A stretch of DNA of 20,000 nt from Trichoplax sp. H2 (lineage: Eukaryota): assembly GCA_003344405.1 (NCBI GenBank), contig NOWV01000106.1:237229-257228 (forward strand), written 5' to 3'. Under the pieces are notes generated by a model. The model made no database searches, was not told the origin of the DNA, and was given only the letters and a program-made list of their open reading frames with translations. Position numbers and translations under genes: made by a program. Shown piece by piece: positions 12,021 through 20,000 of this stretch. Every line of letters begins with the position of its first letter. Positions within the stretch are counted from its first letter, which is position 1.

Positions 12021-12731
12021 GATTTAGTGCCAATACATTTTATTTTAACTACTATTACATGCAGCTTTATTATCTGTGTCTTTCTTTTCAATGTTGATTC
12101 CATAACGTGCCTATCCGTGACGTGCACACAAAATTATAAAATTCTTAATATTAAGAGTAGGATTCTCATCAACATATTCATCAATAACATTAGGTCATAT
12201 CGATCGCGTATTTCCTTCCCTATAGCTATATTTCCTTTATCTTGGTCGTTTACGTAATATACCCTTAGCTTTCAAAAAAATCCTAATATATTGTACATTT
12301 ATAAATTTAGTATCTTAATATATGAAAAATTCACTTTATTGCATAAAATAGGTTCGTCTTATAACTACCAAGAAATATCTGGCTACAATCAGATTATCTA
12401 AGTTACTACAGCAAAATTCATCATTGATATATGTTACAATCAGCTATAGAATTTTTTTAGCAACACAATGAATTTATTGTCATAGTTAAGATCGAAATAA
12501 ATAACTTATAAATTTTGATGAATTGTAGATTTACGTATATTTTGATAGATTAAAACGGTCATTAATGTTTATGAGTGGCTTAGTAGATACAACAAGAGTA
12601 TCATTAATTGAGGTTGGTGTACATTTACTAGAATAGTATTGTATGTGTATGTGGTTTGAATTATGATAACTCAGATTAATTGTTTGCCAATAATGGGGTA
12701 GAAATTTACGATTCTAGATAGAACTATAGGG
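12021..12731 (-). pseudogene. Decayed direct copy of APC1 5' region 6700-7317 (exon 2 plus flanking intron DNA)
   Basis: Shared blocks: cattttattttaactactatta..tgcagcttta, attctcat.aacatattcat, atcttggtcgt, atgtggtttgaattat.ataactcagatt, gattctagataga.ctataggg. The exon-2 equivalent (12282-12212) is 71 nt rather than 66, reads DFFES*, and its donor GT has become AT. Confidence 0.88.
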
Positions 12732-13432
12732 TAATAATAGCCTCTGTGACAGATTTATTGCATTACATCTATCTAAATGTGTCATATATGATATGTACAA
12801 GTATGCAATCAACGCTTGTAACACTTCTATGTAGATCTTTGCATCGTTCTTAAAAATGATTGCTATATGATGAATGCAAATTATTGTAATCAGTAGCTTT
12901 CACTTTACAAATAAGAATTACTATTTCAAGTCAACAATATCTTTAATTAATTAAGCATGTACAATATTCTGCACTATATCAACTACGCACAATTTTATTA
13001 TAGCCAGTTAGAGGTACAACTACAGCTCATCTTAACACAATCTGACTACATTTTACAGTTAATTTCTCATAAAAAGATTTTTTAATTAATAAATTAACCC
13101 AACTTCCAAATAATAATAAACAACAAAGCAACTTAAAAACACGTTTGAGAATATGTTAATTAAACATAATGATTGAGCCCAAATATTATTGCAACAGTTA
13201 CCATGTTCATAATATCAAATTAATTAATAAGCTATATGATTATCGTCGCTCAGTAGTAATATAATTTAGACATATACAAGTACTAGAATGCGTATATTAG
13301 GACCGATTGATATCACAAGAACAGGGACTAATTGAAGTTTTTAAAGTTTAGTTATAAATTTGGATATTATTGCTATTAATCTCAGATAAATTTATCGCCC
13401 AGATTTCTACAAAGCAGAAAGACAGTAACAAC

Positions 13433-13660
13433 ATACTGCATGGTCCTAGTGCAAAAACAAGATTTCATTAATATTTACATAGCGCTAATAAGTTATTTTC
13501 CTTCGTCTTGTTTCTAAAATTTTTAACAGGAGGAATACTCTAGCTCTACCTTAAAGAATCGATTGTTGCACCTAAATTAACGAGGATGGAAGGCTTTATA
13601 CTGAATGAAAAGATTTACTTTCGAGGTCAACATCCCTTTGGTAATGCGGTGAAACTGTTC
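13433..13660 (+). pseudogene. Inverted copy of APC1 first coding exon plus upstream sequence (~7925-7695)
   Basis: aattaacgaggatggaaggctttatactgaatgaaaagatttactttcgaggtcaacatccctttggtaa aligns to the reverse complement of ~7711-7781. It gives LTRMEGFILNEKIYFRGQHPFG versus APC1 LTRMEDFIPNGKIYYRDRHPLG. The upstream motifs atactgca, caagatttcatt, gcgctaat and ctaataag.tattttc are also shared. Confidence 0.88.
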
Positions 13661-14363
13661 AACAATGTCCAATAAATTATGTAGCGCTACAGGCTGCACC
13701 TTATTATTAAGAGATAAATTTCTGGACGATAAACTCCCAATAAATAGCCCTCGATGAATCTTATCTTCTGTATAACGAATTACAATTGGAAATTTAGCAA
13801 TAGTATATACTGTACATATAATTATAAGATACAATAGATGCAATTAACAAACGAATTATGTATGACAATGAATAATGCATACATATTTTAGGGGTTAGTA
13901 TGTTTATTTAGGACTAAATCGTTTGAAACAATTCATGATTTAAACAGTCGGACATCCTCTTAATCCCTTTGGGTGAATTACATGTCTATGAGTATTTAGA
14001 AAAGAAATAGACTAGAGCCGAATCTAGAGTTAGAGTTGCTACGACATGTGCCATATATCCATGAGAATTAAACGCTTGCTCGAACTGGGAGCTAATTATA
14101 CAGTGCACGATACGTAGTTGTCAATCATTAGGAGTTCTCGGCTTATCAAATGTCAATCATTTATTGACGCCTTTATGATCAACTCTAAGAAGCAATTAAG
14201 TATGATTATTAAGCTAATTGAGTCTAAACTGTTATCTATTAAACACGATTGTACACTGTTTCAGTTAAAAGTCCATTAATAGAGAGATTGGTACTTATAT
14301 TGGAAAAATCGAAGAAGTTTATTTAAGGGTTAACCGATAAGAACTCGTTAAGATTGGATCAAG

Positions 14364-14744
14364 ATGAGTAGAATGGCTCATATTTTGATTAAAGATCTCA
14401 CCATGCAGGCCTTTATTGGTATTCGCGAAGAGGAATTTCGCAATCCTCAAACTGTTGTATTATCCCTAAAAATATTTACAGATATTAATTTAGCACGGCA
14501 AAAGGATGATATTCACTATACTCTGAACTATGTCAAGGTGATTGAGGAAATTAGATTAATAGTTAAAAGACAACACCATAAATTATTGGAATATCTTGGG
14601 GGTGATATTATCTCTCATCTCTTTGCTTCGTTTGATGCAATCCAACATATTGAGCTAAAAGTAATAAAACCGAAGGTTGTTCCCGATACAAAAGAAGTCG
14701 GTGTTTTAATCAGTCAAGATCGAAGCTCATATGAAGCGCAGTGA
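14364..14744 (+). CDS. folB: Dihydroneopterin aldolase / dihydroneopterin-triphosphate epimerase family protein (FolB/FolX, T-fold), intronless, 126 aa
   Basis: Motifs IKDL....FIGIREEE..NPQ, DDI..TLNY, KLLE and IKP..VP....VGV.I match the FolB/FolX family. E24, Y56, E76 and K102 correspond to the conserved DHNA active-site Glu/Tyr/Glu/Lys. Length is typical of the stand-alone bacterial enzyme. FolB versus FolX is not resolved, and the true start may be Met4 (14373). Confidence 0.9.
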   Translation: MSRMAHILIKDLTMQAFIGIREEEFRNPQTVVLSLKIFTDINLARQKDDIHYTLNYVKVIEEIRLIVKRQHHKLLEYLGGDIISHLFASFDAIQHIELKVIKPKVVPDTKEVGVLISQDRSSYEAQ

Positions 14745-15457
14745 AATTTTATCACGAAAATCATAATGGTCAAATAAGATCAAGTGCAATGCAGAATCTA
14801 TTATTTGCTCGATTTTAAGAAGTTTTGGAATAATTTTTTGCTATTTAGCATTGAACCTCGTTTTCAAGTTAACATTAGAAATTAGAACAAAGGTAAATTA
14901 AAGACAGAAGTTATACCTCCTGTCATACGTAGAAAATAGCAAAACAAAGCTAGATATTGTAACATAATATACAATCACATTCTGTTTAGCACTGTGTTAC
15001 GGTGTTGCCTTGTCATTAGGATAGTTTAATAAGTACAGTAGTAGCTAGGATGGAGAATATCCATATTTGTAGTGCTAGGTAGATAAGTAATGCCTTAACG
15101 TGGATGTTGGTTGTAATAGTTCATTACATACTTGATATTGATTGTTATTGTGTGATAGATAGCAGTAAGATGATTTAAGTTCTTGTTGATGATAGTTGAA
15201 TTAGACAACCTACGAGCTTAGATTAAGATTAAGTATGAGTAAGAGATTCAAAGTATTTACTGATAGAAAAGCTATGTAAGGAACATCTCAGTTCGAGATG
15301 TTTCTCCTAGTAAGGTATAATAATAATACTGTTGTTGTTTAAAAATTAGACGGTTCCTATATAAACGGGAAAATTGAGTTGAGTGGTGTGGTAAGAAGTT
15401 GTAGATGTATCTTTGCTAACAAAAGTTTCATCTTTACAGTCCTTTGCTTCGTGTGTT

Positions 15458-16106
15458 TAACGTTAAGTAAGAGGGCGTTTAAGTCAGTAGCTACTTATAG
15501 ACTTTTACTGTACGTTACCTTGTCGCAGAAGTGAAATTGTGACACAATAATACCATATTAACTGTAAGTAAGTTATGTGATAGATATACTATGCCAGCTA
15601 GCCAATCACTATGTAGCATAGGCAACTATAAAAGAAGACTATCTAGCGAATATTAGTTAGTTATTACGCATTACACATGAATACGGGCGAGTTCGGCTAA
15701 TAAATACTTTATATTTGTATCTGTTGACTCCTTTTCCTGCCTTTAATTTACAAAGCAAGGGAATATCATTACAGATATCGAAGAAAATCAAATTATACTG
15801 TATTTTTTAAGACGGAACGAGATAAGAAAGATGGAAAAGCTGGAACATTCCGGATGGTTAAACCATCGACAAGTGTAGGTGTGGTACGGTTTGGTGAGCC
15901 TTTGAGCTAAATGTGGTCCTTGCAAGAGCAGTTCGATCGAGACAATGTAATATAATCGATTTCCGAATGTGCTGCACACTACATATACATTACACACGAT
16001 ATCTATAAATCAATGTAATTTGCGAGGCTAATTATAATGCTATCTGTTGTGTATTTTCGTGGGGAACAGGTTCGAACTCAAAGAAATACACGTGCTTCTT
16101 TTTCTA
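15458..16106 (+). repeat. Near-identical duplicate, copy A, ending exactly at the assembly gap
   Basis: Starts taacgttaagtaa and ends cacgtgcttcttttttcta; it is repeated at 16127-16848 with scattered SNPs and small indels. Confidence 0.95.
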
Positions 16107-16126
16107 NNNNNNNNNNNNNNNNNNNN
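16107..16126. other. Assembly gap (20 N)
   Basis: Run of n characters. Confidence 1.
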
Positions 16127-16848
16127 TAACGTTAAGTAAAAGGGCGTTTAAGTCAGTAGCTACTTATAGACTTTTACTGTACGTTACCTTGTCGCAGAAG
16201 TGAAATTGTGACACAATGATACCATATTAACTGTAAGTAAGTTATGTGATAGATATATTATACCAGCTAGCCAATCACTATGTAGCATAGGCAACTATAA
16301 AAGAAGACTGTCTAGCGAATATTAGTTATTACGCATTACACATGAATACGGGCGAGTTCGGCTAATAAATACTTTATATTTGTATCTATTGACTCCTTTT
16401 CCTGCCTTTAATTTACAAAGCCAGGGAATATCATTACAGATATCGAAGAAAATCAAATTATACTGTATTTTTAAGACGGAACGAGATAAGAAAGATGGAA
16501 AAGCTGGAATATTCCGGATGGTTACGATATCTACAATTCCGTGTTATATATATTAATAAAGTTTTTTCTTTGAGATCGTTGCATTGGGAAGTGATACCTT
16601 AACCAAACCATCGACAGGTGTAGGTGTGGTACGGTTTGGTGAGCCTTTGAGCTAAATATGGTCCTTGCAAGAACAGTTCGATCGAGACAATGTATAATCG
16701 ATTGCCGAATGTGCTGCACACTACATATACATTACACACGATATCTATAAATCAATGTAATTTACGAGGCTAATTATAATGCTATCTGTTGTGTATTTTC
16801 GTGGGGAACAGGTTCGAACTCAAAGAAATACACGTGCTTCTTTTTCTA
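16127..16848 (+). repeat. Near-identical duplicate, copy B, starting exactly at the gap; carries an extra ~81 bp (16525-16605)
   Basis: Same sequence as 15458-16106 except for SNPs, small indels and the extra segment between ggatggtta and aaccatcgac. Confidence 0.95.
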
Positions 16849-17864
16849 GGCTACAAGCTAACTTTATTTCGCATTACTTCTGTATACATATTATCGTTTA
16901 ACAGTATCTATAGATACGAACCGAGTCAGTCAAACAGTGCTACCTTACTATACTAACATTAACTAAGTCTAAGATTCAGATATACGACACTATCCTGTAG
17001 CTAGCTAACATTCACTGTCCTCGTCCTCGCCAGTACCTTAAAACAAAGTTATGACTATTTTCTCTAAACACTGATCCAATCATTGTGTGCTTCATTCTGT
17101 TGGATCTATTTCTACTGAGTAAGTAAGTACAAAGTAGCGATCTCTTTTAAAGAGGCATTAATCAAAAACAATTTTCTTCTGAGGATGAGGATATAAAGTA
17201 AATCTTAAAACTTTACTATCTTTGGCACTATGTGGCGAACAACTCCAATTGGGCAAGGTTATTATAAGGCTCCGATCCTAATAATAATACAAAACTATGA
17301 GATCAATTTATCGGACTTGCATAACGTTTTGAGTAGGATTAAGCGCTTGTTTTCAATTATATGTCTTAATAATTTTCATAAACGACAACAGGTCATTATT
17401 AGACTAACAAAATCTTCGCAGATCAGCATAAAAAGCAATTAAATTGCTATGCTTAAATACATTACATTCATCTTTATGAATACAATAGTTAAAACAAGGC
17501 AGAATGGGGCATATTTTTCACCTGGAACACAGAAGATACGTCATACTGTACTATGAAAAAAAAAGGCCTAATCATTTACGTCCTAGAGATATACTATCGC
17601 CGTGGCAGTGCAAATATCCATATCTTGATAACAGCAGTCCCATTCTTCTCCAGAAGTAATTGCACGTTTGATGTATCGTTTTAAATATCATGTATTAGGG
17701 GAATATCTCTTATCCGACTTCAGTTTTGCAGGCCAATAACTCATTCTCTAATTGCAGAGAAACTTCCATATTTAAACAGGATATAAAAGCTCACAAGCGA
17801 AAAAACTATAAAAATTCAGCTGTTATATTTAGAGATGGTAGATTGCTTAATACGATGAATGATT

Positions 17865-18975
17865 AACATCAACAATTTGCAATCCAATCAGCAATTGTTT
17901 CTTTTCAAAGAATAATCTGATGTACGATAAATGAATTATTTACAGTCAGAAACTAAGATTTGAAACTTCATAGTCGCAGTAAAGTTGTGTCTCGTATTAT
18001 TGGTTAATTGCCATGCAATGAAATGATCTATTGACTCTATGCTTTGTAAGCTAATTTAACAGTTTATTAAAGATAAATATGTGGAATTGGATATCGCACT
18101 TTTCCCAGTCTTTATTATTGCTTATCAGCACCGAAAGCACCGTCAGTAAACCAAAATATAAATAAATAATGCTATTATTTAAAATCTAGCTAAAATAAAT
18201 TATATGATGTGATAAAATTTGCAATCATGCTGTAGTGCTGTAGTTCCAGATACTTAAATTTTTATTGAATTATCATTGCTAATTAATCGAAGTTATTTTT
18301 TAGCTTTATACTGTAGTCATAAATATGTTTCTTAGTAGCAAAATACTTCAAGACGGAATGGATAAATCGTTGGATTCTTCCTTCCTTTCTTTCAATAATT
18401 ATAATAAAATGAATAACGTAGGCTTTCTTCTCCGTATACAGTAGTTTGGAAAAGTGTGATACAGAAAAATGAATTTAATCTATAATTTATCTGCTCTCAT
18501 TCTTACAGTATAAAAATTATTAGAGTAATGCATTTATCTTCGATGTTATCCACTAACTACGAGTATCTCCGATATCTTCGTATGTGCAGCTAATTTACAA
18601 TTACTTCCTTGGCAAGGTAAACGTTGTAAATACTTATCGTATTGTGTCTCCAATAAAAGTAATGACAGTAATCCTAACCCTAATGACACCTTATTTTTAC
18701 GCGAGTGTATAATAAATAGCCATTGAAATTGTATATTTGTAAATTTATTGGCCTATACCTCTATAACATTAGCTCTATGGAGAGAAAATAAAGAATTTCA
18801 TATCAGGCAACTAGTAAATAGGCATCGTTTACGACAAAAGGCAAAACGTTCATTTCCAAAATGGCCAACGTGCCATGTTTGGTAAATGCCCGTATACGTC
18901 AAAATGCTATTAGGATCATTATTATATATAATTGCAATATAGAATTAACAAAGGTTACAGATACCAATACAGTAT
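17865..18975 (+). repeat. Diverged direct duplicate of 10450-11700 (copy 2); contains exon-like blocks of an unidentified + strand gene or pseudogene
   Basis: Colinear similarity to copy 1. Exon-like blocks 18509-18579 (IKIIRVMHLSSMLSTNYEYLRYL, donor GTATGT) and 18773-18885 (LWRENKEFHIRQLVNRHRLRQKAKRSFPKWPTCHVW*) are phase-compatible and open. A complete gene model could not be built. Confidence 0.85.
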
Positions 18976-19316
18976 AAAGTATGTATCATTTAAAGGATTA
19001 TAGTTACAAATATAAACTAAATAAACTGCGTATCTAGTCGGGAGCTGATGCATACAGTCGGTTTAAGAGAAATTACGTAGATATTACAGAAATTAATTCT
19101 AAGGAGATTTAAGATATTACATCATTATTACCTGGAGCAACACTAAAATACAAATTCATAATTACTTTTTATTTAACATTTTACCAGTAATATTTCCTAC
19201 TATGAATAGGATACGATATGATGTCTGATAGCGGTACTAATAATTAATATAATAATATTAGTGATATATTTAGAAGAAGCGATTATACAAGCATCATAAG
19301 CATACAAATGCATTGA

Positions 19317-19911
19317 TTAGACATCTACAACCATCTTCTTGTGAATATCTGTTGAGGCTACGACCTAAGACAATATCGAACAAATGAATAACAGAAGTCA
19401 GTACAAAATGTTTATTATTAAAATAGAAATGCACCTTTCAAATCAGACTTATAACCAAAATATTACAATTAATCATGGAAGTGACAAAATTTTTACTAAC
19501 TTTGCAAAATTCATCGAACGATATTTTTCCATCTCCATCCGTGTCGGCATAGATAATAGTTTTGTCAACAATTTGTTGTAACTGTGTATCTTTGAGGTTG
19601 CTACCAACCATCATTTTTAGTACACGAAATAATTCAGTATTCGTTATGTAGCCATCTTTATCCATATCATATATTCTAAAGGCAACTATATTGTATGGCA
19701 AATTAGTATCATTTTGAATCAAACTCGCTATCTCAAGTTAACAATGGGAGTGCATTACTTTAATGTAATCGTAAAATATCTTAAGAATCAATAATAAATC
19801 GTAAACGCTGATATACGAGTATATTAAGAATGCCAAATATACAGTACTTACACTTCAATTTTGATTCCCTGTCGCCTTTAACGCTAAAGAGTGAGACGCC
19901 GTGGATAAATT
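19317..19911 (-). CDS. PPP3R1: Calcineurin subunit B (protein phosphatase 3 regulatory subunit), last three exons; 5' part outside the window
   Basis: Exons 19911-19852 ([20 protein letters not shown]), 19685-19501 ([62 protein letters not shown]) and 19364-19317 ([15 protein letters not shown]). GT-AG and phase-consistent, with EF-hands 3 and 4 and the animal-type C-terminus [10 protein letters not shown]. Confidence 0.97.
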
Positions 19912-20000
19912 CTACCAAAAGTTAAAATAAATAATAGACAAATAGACATGACAGAATTAAAATTTTTTATCTGGTTGTATTTGATAAATAAGCGAACAGT

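Noticed and set aside
12009-12257. 82-aa hydrophobic + strand ORF
   Set aside because: It is the antisense reading of the decayed APC1 intron/exon copy in AT-rich DNA.
13577-13843. 88-aa minus-strand ORF
   Set aside because: It is partly antisense to the inverted APC1 exon copy and has no recognisable motif.
14340-14363. Shine-Dalgarno site or bacterial promoter before folB
   Set aside because: Only a GGA trinucleotide is present, with no convincing SD or -10/-35 pair and no clear terminator downstream.
15788-16719. Two minus-strand ORFs in the gap-flanking duplicates
   Set aside because: The near-identical copies are open in different frames, so neither ORF is conserved.
15458-16848. LTR pair or genuine tandem duplication
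   Set aside because: The copies abut the N gap exactly, with no TG..CA ends, TSD or internal coding region; an assembly artefact is more likely.
18673-18683. Telomere-like cctaaccctaa
   Set aside because: Fewer than two full units, which is compatible with chance.
19384-19581. 65-aa + strand ORF
   Set aside because: It is an antisense shadow of the calcineurin B exon and intron.
19631-19666. Calcineurin B EF-hand 3 reads GYITNTE instead of the usual GYISNGE
   Set aside because: The calcium-ligand positions (D, D, D, S/T, E) are retained, so this is probably neutral lineage variation.

Overview
AT-rich eukaryotic genomic DNA with many short GT-AG introns. It is most likely a compact animal genome; placozoan-like is my inference from style and is not proven. 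Left: the 5' ~36 exons of APC1/ANAPC1 on the minus strand (1-7770, running off the left edge). Right: the last three exons of calcineurin B on the minus strand (19317-19911, running off the right edge). Between them lies a ~11 kb rearranged interval containing a palindromic (CAGTA)n/(TACTG)n array, two diverged copies of a ~1.2 kb exon-like block, two decayed copies of the APC1 5' region (one direct, one inverted), and a near-identical duplication around a 20-N gap that is probably an assembly artefact. The main surprise is an intact, intronless, bacterial-type dihydroneopterin aldolase/epimerase gene (FolB/FolX family, 14364-14744 +). It is on the same gap-free stretch as APC1 and lies just downstream of, and co-oriented with, an inverted copy of APC1's first coding exon and upstream DNA. 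This is a candidate horizontally acquired pterin/folate gene that may have borrowed host expression signals. All homology calls come from manual translation and recalled sequences; no searches were run.
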